A stretch of DNA of 64,000 nt from an uncultured Gemmiger sp. (GTDB lineage Bacteria; Bacillota; Clostridia; Oscillospirales; Ruminococcaceae). The stretch lies in the NCBI RefSeq assembly GCF_944388125.1, contig NZ_CALXHO010000003.1. One strand, given 5' to 3'. Below are positions 19,907 to 29,779 of this stretch, piece after piece. How positions within the stretch are numbered: the first letter of the stretch is position 1; every line of letters begins with the position of its first letter. The notes beneath the pieces are model-generated. The model worked only from the letters and a program-made list of their open reading frames with translations. It was not told the DNA's origin and did no database searches. The position numbers and the translations under genes were made by a program.

Positions 19907-21382
19907 ATGACGCAGGAACAGATCTATCAGAACATTGCCAGCCGGACCGGTGGCGATATTTATATCGGGGTGGTAGGCCCGGTGCGCAGCGGCAAGAGCA
20001 CGCTGATCAAGCGCTTTGCCGAGCTGATGCTTTTGCCCCACATCAAAAATGACGCCCAGCGTGCCCGTGCCACCGATGAATTGCCCCAGTCTGCGGCGGG
20101 GCGTACCATCATGACGACGGAGCCCAAGTTCATTCCGGAAAAAGCGGTGGAGGTGGAGCTGTCGGGCGGGGGAAGCTTCCGCGCCCGGCTGGTGGACTGT
20201 GTGGGGTATATGGTGGAAGGCGCCCTCGGCCATGAGGAAAACAATGCCCCCCGCCTGGTGAAAAGCCCCTGGTTTGACAAGGCGGTGCCCTTTGACCTCG
20301 CGGCCGAGACCGGTACGCGCAAGGTGATCCGGGAACACGCCACCGTGGGGCTGGTGGTCACCACCGACGGCAGCATTGCCGAGATCCCGCGGGAAAATTA
20401 CCTGGATGCCGAGCAGCGCATCATTGCCGAACTGGATGAGATCGGCAAACCCTATCTGATCCTTCTCAACTGCACCGATCCCGACAGCGAAGCCAGCCGC
20501 AGCCTGGCTGCCGGTCTGGAACGGGACTACGGCCACCCGGTCTGCCCGGTGAACTGCACCCAGCTCACCGCCGAAAAACTGGATGCCATCCTCAAACGGC
20601 TGCTGTATGAGTTCCCCGTGCGGGAGATTGCCGTCACCATGCCGCCGTGGGTCACCATGCTGGAACCCGGCCACTGGCTGCAAAGCTCGGTGTACGAGGC
20701 GATGCTGGAATTTGCCGCGGGCGTCCACCGTATGCGGGACGTGGCGGGCAAACAGCCGGCCATCGACTGCGAATATATCACCGGGGCATCGCTGTGCGGC
20801 ATGGATCTGTCCACCGGCAGCGTGCATATTACGGTCCGGATCGCCCCCGATATCTTCTACAAGATCCTGGGCGAGCAGACGGGGCTGGACATTGTGGATG
20901 AGGCGAGCCTTTTGCCCTGTATTGTCAGCCTGGCCAGAGCCAAACGCGCCTATGACAAGATCAAGGGGGCCCTCGACCAGGTGGAGGCCACCGGCTACGG
21001 CATTGTCATGCCCGGTATTGATGAGCTTGCCCTGGAGGAGCCCGAGATCGTGCGCCAGGGCGGGCAGTATGGGGTGAGGCTTTCGGCCAGCGCACCGTCG
21101 CTGCATATCATGAAGGCCACCATCCGCACCGAGATCTCCCCCAGTGTGGGCAGTGAGCAGCAGGGGGAGGAACTCATCAAGAGCATCCTGCAGGATTTCG
21201 AGAGCGACCCCGGCAAGCTGTGGAACACGAATATTTTCGGCAAGAGCCTCAATGAGCTGGTCAATGAGGGGTTGCAGGCCAAATTGCTGCATATGCCGCA
21301 GGAGGCCCGGGGCCGCCTGCAGGTGACTCTCGAGCGCATCATCAACGACGGCTGTGACGGCCTGATCTGCATTCTGCTGTAA
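19907..21382 (+). CDS. spoIVA: Stage IV sporulation protein A (coat ATPase)
   Basis: IYIGVVGPVRSGKSTLIKRF, TIMTTEPKFIP, VDCVGY, C-terminal GLICILL. Confidence 0.97.
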   Translation: MTQEQIYQNIASRTGGDIYIGVVGPVRSGKSTLIKRFAELMLLPHIKNDAQRARATDELPQSAAGRTIMTTEPKFIPEKAVEVELSGGGSFRARLVDCVGYMVEGALGHEENNAPRLVKSPWFDKAVPFDLAAETGTRKVIREHATVGLVVTTDGSIAEIPRENYLDAEQRIIAELDEIGKPYLILLNCTDPDSEASRSLAAGLERDYGHPVCPVNCTQLTAEKLDAILKRLLYEFPVREIAVTMPPWVTMLEPGHWLQSSVYEAMLEFAAGVHRMRDVAGKQPAIDCEYITGASLCGMDLSTGSVHITVRIAPDIFYKILGEQTGLDIVDEASLLPCIVSLARAKRAYDKIKGALDQVEATGYGIVMPGIDELALEEPEIVRQGGQYGVRLSASAPSLHIMKATIRTEISPSVGSEQQGEELIKSILQDFESDPGKLWNTNIFGKSLNELVNEGLQAKLLHMPQEARGRLQVTLERIINDGCDGLICILL

Positions 21383-21407
21383 GGCGGAAGAGGGAAAGGG
21401 GGCGCGT

Positions 21408-21623
21408 ATGCGGCGCAACAAGAAGGACCAACTTCGCCGTGCACAGGAAGCTGAACTGAACCGCATTGTGGCGGCGCTGGCTGCCAATGAGCGCAATTAT
21501 CAGCAGGCGGAGGATGCGCTGGGCATTGAGCAGCTGGTCTATGAGCGCGCGGCGCTGATGTGTCGTTACCGTGCGCTGCTGCGCGCGGTGCGGGGAGGTG
21601 ACAAACCATGCCCCTCGGTTTGA
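21408..21623 (+). CDS. YaaL/DUF2508 family protein
   Basis: IEQLVYERAALMCRYRALL pattern; directly upstream of bofA as in the yaaL-bofA order. Confidence 0.7.
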   Translation: MRRNKKDQLRRAQEAELNRIVAALAANERNYQQAEDALGIEQLVYERAALMCRYRALLRAVRGGDKPCPSV

Positions 21624-21859
21624 TGCTGGCCGGGGCGGTCTGCGTGCTGGTTGTGGCACGCTGTGCCGCACGGCAGAAACACGCGGTGGCGGCGCTTTTG
21701 GGCAGTGCTGTCTGCGGGCTCGCGGCGCTGGCGGTGGTGGGGCTGCTGGCACCGTATACCGGGGTGACGCTGCCCCTCAACCGACTGACTGCTTTTGCGG
21801 CGGCGGTGCTGGGACTGCCCGGCGTGGTGGGGGTGCTGCTGCTTCAGCTGCTGCTGTAA
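21608..21859 (+). CDS. bofA: Pro-sigmaK processing inhibitor BofA family
   Basis: GGAGGTG RBS; hydrophobic 83 aa with LPLN..T....VLGLPGV signature. Confidence 0.8.
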   Translation: MPLGLMLAGAVCVLVVARCAARQKHAVAALLGSAVCGLAALAVVGLLAPYTGVTLPLNRLTAFAAAVLGLPGVVGVLLLQLLL

Positions 21860-21868
21860 CGCGGCGGC

Positions 21869-21981
21869 AAAAAAGAAAACAGGCGGACGGGGAAGATACC
21901 CAGTCCGCCTGTTTTGCCATGGTTCAAAAAGCAACGCGGCCGCTGCGGAGGGGCAAATCCCATCGCAGCGGCCGCGTATTG
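21869..21981. terminator. Two tandem hairpins between convergent bofA and rnpB
   Basis: AAAACAGGCGGAC...GTCCGCCTGTTTT and ACGCGGCCGCTGCG...CGCAGCGGCCGCGT. Confidence 0.75.
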
Positions 21982-21987
21982 TGTCAG

Positions 21988-22350
21988 GAAAACGACTGGA
22001 CCGTAAGCCGGGTTCTGTATTAAACGACGATCTATCTTGACCTTGCGTTGCCGCAAGGCTCCGCGGGAAATCCCGCATGCCATCTCCGGGACGCGCGAGG
22101 CTCCGCATCTGTCCCATACGGATGTTGCTTCTGACAGGGTTTACATAGCCGCAAAGTCGCCAGTGCGCTGGTGAGCTCTTACCTCGCCTTTCCATCCTTG
22201 CCGGACCATTGCTGGTCAGGCGGTTTCTTTCTGTTGCACTATCCCTGGGGTCACCCCCGGCTGCCGTTAGCAGTTGTCATGCCTCTGAAAAGCCCGGACT
22301 TTCCTCAGAACGGACAAAGCCGTTCCGCCGCCGTATGTTCCACTCGTTTC
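21988..22350 (-). ncRNA. rnpB: RNase P RNA
   Basis: Minus strand has GAGGAAAGTCCGGGC, AGTGCAACAGAAAG, GGTAAGAGC, ACAGAACCCGGCTTAC; termini pair as P1. Confidence 0.96.
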
Positions 22351-22356
22351 GGTGGA

Positions 22357-22385
22357 AGTATACCACATCCGGCACAATTTGGCAA
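22357..22385 (-). promoter_or_regulatory. sigmaA promoter of rnpB
   Basis: TTGCCA-17nt-TATACT with extended TG. Confidence 0.8.
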
Positions 22386-22511
22386 GCCGGAGACACTCCC
22401 GTTTGGGTTTGCAACACACTGCCCGATGTGATATAATCTATCCATACACTGCCGTGCGGTGGGCTTTGCCCTGCCCGCGGCCGTATCAGGCAACAGATCG
22501 GGAGGGCGTAT

Positions 22512-23495
22512 ATGCTGTATCTTTCCTGCCGGGTCCCATCCGACGCTCAGGGCTGCCGTCTCGACAGTTTCCTGCGCGCTCAGGGGCTTTCGGCGGGACT
22601 GATCCGCGGGGTCAAGCACCAGTGCGGCGGCTTTTTTGCCGACGGCGCGCCCATTCACACCAATATGCCGCTTACAGCGGGGCAGCAGCTGACCTTTGCA
22701 CTGCCGCCCGATCCGCCCACCCAGGTGGAACCTCAGCCGGTGGACTTCGGCATCCTGTTCGAGGATGCCTTTGCCGCTGTGCTGGACAAGTCCGCCGGTC
22801 TGGCAGTGCATCCCACCCTCAACTATCCGGACAAAACGCTGGCCAACGGCTGGCTGTGGCATCTGGAACAGAGGGGACAGGCTGGCGTTTTCCGCCCGGT
22901 CAACCGCATTGACAAAAATACCAGCGGGCTGGTACTCTGCGCGGGCAATTCCTTCGCAGCGCCCATCCTGGCCGAAACGGCGCACAAATGTTATCTTGCC
23001 GTGACGGAGGGACTTCTGCCGGAGGATGACGGCACCATCGATGCCCCCATTGCCCGGCGGGGTGACTCCATCATCGGCCGGACAGTGGCTCCGGACGGCA
23101 AACCCAGCATCACCCGTTACCGCGTTCTTGCAAGAGGCGGTGGCCATACTTTGGCGGCCTGTATCCCTGTCACAGGCCGTACCCATCAGATCCGGGTGCA
23201 CATGTCCCATCTGGGCTGTCCGCTGGCGGGGGATACCCTCTATGGCGGTCATACCGAACGGATCGGCCGCCACGCACTGCATTGTGCCGCGCTGGCTTTC
23301 CGCCATCCTTTGGACGGTTCGCTGCATTCCGTCCGGTGCCCGCTGCCGCCTGACATGGGGGAGCTTTGCCGGGAATGCGGCATGCCGCCGGTATCTTTCG
23401 ACACCCTGTTTGCCCTGATACAGGAACTTTCCCCCAAGACAAGGGGAGTGGAACCCAAAACGCCTTTTGCGTATTTTATCAGAGAAAATGACTAA
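22512..23495 (+). CDS. RluA-family pseudouridine synthase
   Basis: NRIDKNTSG, TGRTHQIRVH, GDTLYG, HALH. Confidence 0.93.
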   Translation: MLYLSCRVPSDAQGCRLDSFLRAQGLSAGLIRGVKHQCGGFFADGAPIHTNMPLTAGQQLTFALPPDPPTQVEPQPVDFGILFEDAFAAVLDKSAGLAVHPTLNYPDKTLANGWLWHLEQRGQAGVFRPVNRIDKNTSGLVLCAGNSFAAPILAETAHKCYLAVTEGLLPEDDGTIDAPIARRGDSIIGRTVAPDGKPSITRYRVLARGGGHTLAACIPVTGRTHQIRVHMSHLGCPLAGDTLYGGHTERIGRHALHCAALAFRHPLDGSLHSVRCPLPPDMGELCRECGMPPVSFDTLFALIQELSPKTRGVEPKTPFAYFIREND

Positions 23496-25359
23496 AAAAT
23501 CTTTGGAACAAAATCATACCGAAGAAACCGCCTCCCGCCGTCATAAGGAGCGCAGCCGATTCTCCCAGTGGCTGGACGTTCACCGCGTCAAGCGCACTGT
23601 CCGCCTCTGGCACAAAAAGCAGAAAAAGTCCGAGCGCCGCAACCGTCTTGGCGAGATGATCCGTCGGCTGCCGCATGCGTCGCTTATCGGTGATGTTCTG
23701 TACATGTTCGGTTTCTGGCTGGAGTATGCGGTGGTCTGCGCGGGGCGCACTACGCTGCACGCTGCAGGAGCGGTCCTCTCCCATGTGTGGGATATTCTGC
23801 TCATGATCATCCGGCCGCTGGCCATCGGGATCATTACCTTCCTGGAAGATCTGCTGGAACCTCTGGCCCGCATGCATTCAGGCCTGAGTCATATCCGTGC
23901 TCTGCCGCAGCAGCATCCCGATGAGGACGCCAGACAGATCCGCGCCGAGAAGATCCAGTATTTCAAGCGCGGCACCAAGCTGTACCTGCCCCTTGTGTGG
24001 AATGCCCTTTCCTATGCGCTGCCGGTGGCGGCGGCGGTTTTGCTGGTCTGGGTGGTGCGCACTCAGCTCAGCTTCAATTACCTGCTGGAGGTTCGCGTCA
24101 ACGGGGAACCCGTCGGCTACGTAGCCAGCGAGCAGGTGTTTGACAGTGCCCGGGATGACGTACAGTCCCGTATTGAGCGCGCCCGCGCCGTGATGGAAGC
24201 GGCGGGGGTGGAGACCACTGACGATGCCTGGAACATCACGCCGACCTATACCCTGGCAGTCTCGGGCAATGTCATGACCGAAAACGAGGTGGCCGACGCC
24301 ATTCTCAGCGCCTCCAGCGATGAAATCGGCGACGGTACTGCCGTGTACATTGACGGAGAGCTGCGCTTTGTCACCACCGAGGGCGACCATCTGCGCGCCT
24401 ATCTGGATGCCATCAAGGCACCCTACGAGGATGCCTTTGATTCCGACCGCCGGGTGGAGTTTGTCCATGACATCACGCTGGTGGACGGCGTCTACTTCCT
24501 GTCCTCCATTGTGCCTTATGATACGGTCATTTCCACCCTCAACGCCATGTCCGATCCGGCAAGCTATACGGTGGAGGAGGACCAGACGGCAGGGGAGGCG
24601 GCCAAGGCCATCGGCGTGGACTACGCCACGCTGCAGACCTGGAATCCGGAACTCACCGGCGAGGATGAGGAGCTGACCGCGGGCCAGACGCTGGTTGCAT
24701 CGGAGTCCACGGCGGAGCTTTTGCAGGTCAAGGTGGTGGAGCGCCAGTCGGTGCTGGAGGATGTCCAGTACGATGTGATCAAGACAGAGTCGGACGAGTA
24801 TGACTTCGGCAAAGAGGTCGTTGTACAGGAAGGCCAGCTGGGCCTGCAGGAGGTCACCAGCGATGTGACCTACATCAACGGCCAGGTCAGTGCCATTGAT
24901 ATCGTGGACATCACCACCGTCATTGAACCGGTGGCGGAACAGGTCGTTGTCGGCACCAAGCTGAAAAACAACATGGTTTCTCAGGTTGGCAGCGGTAACT
25001 TCTACTGGCCGGTTCCCGGTTACAAGGCGGTTTCCCGTTGGGTGGAAAACGACCGTTACGCTACGGACATCACAGCCAATTACGGTACCCCCATCATCGC
25101 GGCGGACAGCGGCGTGGTGGTCACGGCGGGTACGCACTGGAGCTATGGCAACTACGTGGTTATCGACCACGGCAACGGATGGCGGACGCTGTACGCCCAT
25201 ATGTCGTCCATTGCCGTCACCATGGGACAGTCGGTGACAGGAGGTCAGACCATCGGCTACGTCGGTATGACCGGCGTTGCCACCGGCTACCACTGCCACT
25301 TTGAGATGTCCTATAACGGAACCCTGGTCAACGCACACGACTACTTCCCCAATATGTAA
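23488..25359 (+). CDS. Membrane-anchored LysM-G5-M23 family protein, paralog 1 (HxxxD His replaced by Arg)
   Basis: N-terminal TM segments, LysM-like, G5 (QEGQ.G), M23 YGNYVVIDHG..YAHM..HCHFE; RYATD in place of HxxxD; start approximate. Confidence 0.9.
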   Translation: MTKKSLEQNHTEETASRRHKERSRFSQWLDVHRVKRTVRLWHKKQKKSERRNRLGEMIRRLPHASLIGDVLYMFGFWLEYAVVCAGRTTLHAAGAVLSHVWDILLMIIRPLAIGIITFLEDLLEPLARMHSGLSHIRALPQQHPDEDARQIRAEKIQYFKRGTKLYLPLVWNALSYALPVAAAVLLVWVVRTQLSFNYLLEVRVNGEPVGYVASEQVFDSARDDVQSRIERARAVMEAAGVETTDDAWNITPTYTLAVSGNVMTENEVADAILSASSDEIGDGTAVYIDGELRFVTTEGDHLRAYLDAIKAPYEDAFDSDRRVEFVHDITLVDGVYFLSSIVPYDTVISTLNAMSDPASYTVEEDQTAGEAAKAIGVDYATLQTWNPELTGEDEELTAGQTLVASESTAELLQVKVVERQSVLEDVQYDVIKTESDEYDFGKEVVVQEGQLGLQEVTSDVTYINGQVSAIDIVDITTVIEPVAEQVVVGTKLKNNMVSQVGSGNFYWPVPGYKAVSRWVENDRYATDITANYGTPIIAADSGVVVTAGTHWSYGNYVVIDHGNGWRTLYAHMSSIAVTMGQSVTGGQTIGYVGMTGVATGYHCHFEMSYNGTLVNAHDYFPNM

Positions 25360-25407
25360 GGCGAAGGCAGCCCGGCGGGCTGCCCCACGCTGCAAAGGAG
25401 AACGTCT

Positions 25408-27291
25408 TTGAAATCTCAGATTGACGACAAACAGCAGAAGGAGAGCGGCACCGGCCACTCGTCCCGGCCGTCCGGAGGCGGGTTCGGTGCGTGGCTGGAT
25501 GAACTCCGCGTCAAGAAAACGGTGCGCATCTGGCACAAACGCCAGAAAAAAGCAGCCCGCCGCGGCAGATTCAGCGACCTGATCCATAACCTTCCCCACG
25601 CGTCCCTGATCGGGGATGCGCTGTACATGGTAGGCTTTTGGGCCGAGTATGCGGTGATCTGCGCGGGCCGTACCGTCATGCGCGCTGCGGCGGCGATCCT
25701 GTCCCACGTGGGGGCCATTCTGCTCATGATCATCCGGCCGCTGGCCATCGGGATCATCACCTTCCTGGAGGATCTGCTGGAGCCCTTTGCCCGGATGCAC
25801 TCGGGTCTGCGCCATATCCGGGAACTGCCGGAACAGTATCCTGACGAGGACGCCAGACAGATCCGCGCGGAGAAGATCCAGTATTTCAAGCGCGGTACCA
25901 AACTTTATCTGCCTCTTGTATGGAATGCCCTTTCCTACGCGCTGCCGGTGGCGGCAGCGGTTCTGCTGGTCTGGGTGGTGAGCACCCAGCTCGGCTACAC
26001 CTACCTCCTGGAAGTCAAAGTCGGGGAAAAGACCGTGGGCTATGTGTCCAGCGAGCAGGTGTTTGACAATGCCCGGGATGATGTGGCATCCCGTATCGAA
26101 CGGGCCCGCTCCGCCATGGAGGCAGCCGGTGTGGAGACCACCGATGCCGAGTGGGACATCACACCCACCTACACCCTGGCTGTCTCGGGAGATGTCATGA
26201 CCGAGAGTGAGGTGGCCGACGCCATCCTCAGCGCTTCCAGCGATGAGATCGGCGACGGTACCGCCGTGTACATTGACGGAAATCTGAGCTTTGTTACCAC
26301 CGAGGGCGATCACCTGCGCTCTTACCTGGATGCCGTCAAGGCGCCCTACGAGGACAGCTTCGACTTCAACCGCCGGGTAGACTTTGTCCATGACATCACG
26401 TTGGTGGACGGCGTTTACTTCCTGTCCTCCATCGTGCCCTACGATACCGTGATTTCCACCCTCAATGCCGTGTCCGATCCCTCGACCTATACCGTCGGGG
26501 AGGAGGAAACAGCCGGTGAGGCGGCCGAAACCCTGGGCCTGGATTTCACGACCCTGCAGGCATGGAACCCCGATCTCACCGATGAAGATACCGAGCTGGA
26601 GGAAGGCCAGACGCTGGTGACTTCCGATGCCCAGGCGGAACTTCTGCAGGTCAAGGTGATCGAGCGCACCTCCGAGGTGGAGGATGTGGACTTTGACGTG
26701 GTCAAGACCGAGTCGGACGAGTACGACTTTGGCGACGAGGTGGTCGTGCAGGAGGGACAGCCCGGACAGCAGGAGGTCATCCGCGACACGACTTATATTG
26801 ACGGTCAGGTCACCGATGTGAGCATTGTCAAGATCAATACGCTGGTGGAGCCGGTGACCGAGCAGGTCATCGTCGGCACGCGGCTGGAGAGCGGCATGGT
26901 GGCTCAGGTAGGCAGCGGTACTTTCTACTGGCCTGTGCCCAACTACCGTTACGTCAGCCGCTGGATGAGTGCCGACCACAAGGGTGCCGACATCGTGGCC
27001 CCGGCCGGAACGCCCATCATCGCTGCCGACAGCGGCAAGATCGAATATGCCGGCTGGCACAACCATCCCTACGGCTACGGCAACTACGTCATCATCGACC
27101 ACGGCAACGGCTGGAAGACCCTGTACGGGCACATGTCCGCCTTCGCCGTCAGCACGGGTGACGCCGTGAAAGCGGGGCAGGTCATCGGCTATGTGGGCAA
27201 TACCGGTTATTCTTTCGGCAACCACTGCCACTTTGAAATGTATTACAACAACTCTCTTGTCAGTGCAAGGACCTATTTCCCCAACATGTAA
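25408..27291 (+). CDS. Membrane-anchored LysM-G5-M23 peptidoglycan endopeptidase, paralog 2 (motifs intact)
   Basis: AAAGGAG RBS + TTG; HKGAD and HCH zinc motifs. Confidence 0.92.
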   Translation: MKSQIDDKQQKESGTGHSSRPSGGGFGAWLDELRVKKTVRIWHKRQKKAARRGRFSDLIHNLPHASLIGDALYMVGFWAEYAVICAGRTVMRAAAAILSHVGAILLMIIRPLAIGIITFLEDLLEPFARMHSGLRHIRELPEQYPDEDARQIRAEKIQYFKRGTKLYLPLVWNALSYALPVAAAVLLVWVVSTQLGYTYLLEVKVGEKTVGYVSSEQVFDNARDDVASRIERARSAMEAAGVETTDAEWDITPTYTLAVSGDVMTESEVADAILSASSDEIGDGTAVYIDGNLSFVTTEGDHLRSYLDAVKAPYEDSFDFNRRVDFVHDITLVDGVYFLSSIVPYDTVISTLNAVSDPSTYTVGEEETAGEAAETLGLDFTTLQAWNPDLTDEDTELEEGQTLVTSDAQAELLQVKVIERTSEVEDVDFDVVKTESDEYDFGDEVVVQEGQPGQQEVIRDTTYIDGQVTDVSIVKINTLVEPVTEQVIVGTRLESGMVAQVGSGTFYWPVPNYRYVSRWMSADHKGADIVAPAGTPIIAADSGKIEYAGWHNHPYGYGNYVIIDHGNGWKTLYGHMSAFAVSTGDAVKAGQVIGYVGNTGYSFGNHCHFEMYYNNSLVSARTYFPNM

Positions 27292-27554
27292 GACAAAAAG
27301 GAAAGCCCGCCCTGCACGTTGCGTAAAAAAACTGCGTGGGACAGTCTGATAATTTGGGATTTTTCACGCAATTTTTGTAAATACTAAGGGCGGTACTTTT
27401 CAAAACTTCCGTTTTGGTGTATAATACAGCAAACCATGCGGCTTTGTGCCGGCAGGGCCTGGAGCCTTGGCCGGCGGCAGGAAAGCGGGGCATCTCTGGC
27501 TCTGCACAAGTCCTGTCGGCCGTGCTCGGCTGGGCAAAGGAGAGAATTATCACT

Positions 27555-28838
27555 TTGGAAAAATTTGTGATCCGCGGCGGGAATCCGCTCACCGGCGATG
27601 TCACCATCGGCGGTGCCAAAAACGCGGCTGTGGCCATATTGCCTGCAACCATTCTGGCAGCGGGAAAGTGCATTATTGAAAACCTTCCCTGTATCAGTGA
27701 CGTGATGGCATCTCTGCAGATTCTGAGCGAACTGGGTGCCAGCATCCGGATGATCAGCAAAAGCACCTACGAGATCGACACCACCCACATTGACTGCACC
27801 GAGGTGTCCAATGAGCTTTCACGCCAGATGCGCGCCAGCTATTATTTCCTGGGGGCACTGCTGGGACGTTTCGGCTCGGCACAGGTAGCCATGCCGGGCG
27901 GCTGTAATCTGGGCCCCCGCCCCATTGACCAGCACCTCAAGGCATTCACCGCCCTGGGCGCGCAGGATTCTGTGGAGTACGGCATGATCCGCGTCAGCGC
28001 CAACGAGCTGACCGGTTCGCACATCTTTTTCGATACCGTCTCGGTAGGCGCTACCATGAATGCCATGCTGGCTGCCGTAATGGCGGACGGCCAGACCATT
28101 CTGGAAAATGTCGCCCGGGAACCCCACGTGGTGGACCTGGCCAACTGCCTGAATATGATGGGCGCTGACGTCCATGGCGCCGGAACCGATGTGATCAAGA
28201 TCCGCGGTGTCGGCTCCATGCACGGCTGCAGCTATTCCATCATCCCAGACCAGATCGAGGCGGGCAGCTATATGGCGGCGGCAGCCATCACCAGGGGCGA
28301 CGTCACGCTGCACAATATCATCCCCAAGCATCTGGAACCCATCACCGCCAAGATGCGTGCGGCTGGGTGCGAGATTGAGGAATTTGACGATTCGCTGCGC
28401 ATCCGCTGCAATCAGCGGCTCAAGCCTCTCAAAATCAAGACGATGCCTCATCCCGGTTTCCCCACCGACATGCAGCCGCTGATGACGGTGCTGCTCAGCG
28501 TTGCCGACGGCACTTCCATTGTCACTGAGGGCATCTGGGAAAACCGTTTCCGCTATGTGGATGAGCTGGTGCATATGGGGGCCAGCATCCAGGTGGACGG
28601 CCAGGTTGCCGTCATTGAAGGGGTGGAGCAGCTGCATCCCGCCCCTCTGCGCGCGCTGGATCTGCGTGCCGGTGCGGCCATGGTGGTTGCAGCCCTTGCC
28701 GCCGACGGCGTGAGCGAAATCGACGAAACCAGCCACATCGAGCGCGGTTACGAGAATATCGTAGAAAAACTCCAGGCTCTCGGCGCGGATATCCGCCGCG
28801 TAGAGATTCCGGTCAATACCATCACCCGCGCCATGTAA
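27555..28838 (+). CDS. murA: UDP-N-acetylglucosamine 1-carboxyvinyltransferase
   Basis: GAKNA, MRASYY, PGGCNLG.RPIDQH, PGFPTDMQ, DLRAGA; TTG start after AAAGGAG. Confidence 0.96.
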   Translation: MEKFVIRGGNPLTGDVTIGGAKNAAVAILPATILAAGKCIIENLPCISDVMASLQILSELGASIRMISKSTYEIDTTHIDCTEVSNELSRQMRASYYFLGALLGRFGSAQVAMPGGCNLGPRPIDQHLKAFTALGAQDSVEYGMIRVSANELTGSHIFFDTVSVGATMNAMLAAVMADGQTILENVAREPHVVDLANCLNMMGADVHGAGTDVIKIRGVGSMHGCSYSIIPDQIEAGSYMAAAAITRGDVTLHNIIPKHLEPITAKMRAAGCEIEEFDDSLRIRCNQRLKPLKIKTMPHPGFPTDMQPLMTVLLSVADGTSIVTEGIWENRFRYVDELVHMGASIQVDGQVAVIEGVEQLHPAPLRALDLRAGAAMVVAALAADGVSEIDETSHIERGYENIVEKLQALGADIRRVEIPVNTITRAM

Positions 28839-28910
28839 TGCAGGTGAGAAATGGCACAAAGGAATCGGAGCCGTATTTTCCCGTTGCGGAACAAACCTGA
28901 CCGCTTTCTG

Positions 28911-28937
28911 GGGCCGCAGTATTGCGGCCCTGTTTTT
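28911..28937 (+). terminator. Terminator after murA
   Basis: GGGCCGCA-GTAT-TGCGGCCC followed by TGTTTTT. Confidence 0.7.
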
Positions 28938-28981
28938 GTGAGCGGCCGAAAAAATCAGACAGAGAGGAATTCAGACAAGGC

Positions 28982-29770
28982 ATGGCACTGTTTACCACAT
29001 TGTACTCCGGGTCGTCCGGAAACTGCGCGCTCATCCGCCACGAAAACAAGTATCTCCTGGTGGATATGGGCAAGAGCTGCCGCATCACCCTCACGGGACT
29101 GCGCAAGCTGGGGCTTGCCATCGCGGACTGCGAGGGCATCCTCATCACTCACGAGCACTCGGACCATGTCAGCGGCCTGGATACCTTTCTGAAGCACTAC
29201 AATGTCCCGGTCTACGGGTGCGCCGAGACGCTGGAGATGCTGGCATCCCGCGGCACGCTGCCCCCGGCCATTGAGGCCATCGCGGTGGATGGGCGCACGG
29301 AGGAGATCGGATCCTTTGTGGTGACGTCTTTTCCCACCAGCCATGATGTGCCCTGCTGCGGCTACCGCATCCGTACGCCGGACCAGCGCACCATGGCCAT
29401 TGCCACCGACCTGGGAGTGCTGACACCGGTTGTGCAGCAGAATCTGGCCGGATGCGACCTGGTTGCGCTGGAGGCCAATTATGACCGGTTCAGCCTGCAG
29501 GGAGGGCCGTATCCCTACTATCTCAAAGTGCGTATTGCCAGTGACCGCGGCCACCTGGACAATCGCGCCTGTGCGGCGGAGCTGCTGGAACTCATCCAGG
29601 ACGGCTGCAAAAAGTTTGCCCTTTGCCATCTGAGCCAGACCAACAACACGCCGGAACTGGCGCTGACCACCATCTATAATGTCTTGCTGGCCGCAGGCAT
29701 CCAGCCCGGCCGGGATGTTCTGATCCAGGCGCAGAGCCGCAACGAGATCAGCCCCTACATAGAGTTTTAA
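28982..29770 (+). CDS. MBL-fold metallohydrolase, WalJ/YycJ-like
   Basis: SGSSGN, THEHSDH, SHD, TDLG, EANYD, GHLDN, HLSQTNN; upstream of rlmH. Confidence 0.9.
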   Translation: MALFTTLYSGSSGNCALIRHENKYLLVDMGKSCRITLTGLRKLGLAIADCEGILITHEHSDHVSGLDTFLKHYNVPVYGCAETLEMLASRGTLPPAIEAIAVDGRTEEIGSFVVTSFPTSHDVPCCGYRIRTPDQRTMAIATDLGVLTPVVQQNLAGCDLVALEANYDRFSLQGGPYPYYLKVRIASDRGHLDNRACAAELLELIQDGCKKFALCHLSQTNNTPELALTTIYNVLLAAGIQPGRDVLIQAQSRNEISPYIEF

Positions 29771-29779
29771 GGTGTCTTC

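Noticed and set aside
21860-22350. Hairpin-rich intergenic region as a novel ncRNA or CRISPR array
   Set aside because: Explained by rnpB plus two terminators; no repeat-spacer periodicity
23878-27231. 1117-aa antisense ORF across both M23 genes
   Set aside because: Shadow frame of GC3-biased genes; its repeats mirror the sense duplication; no RBS or recognisable domain
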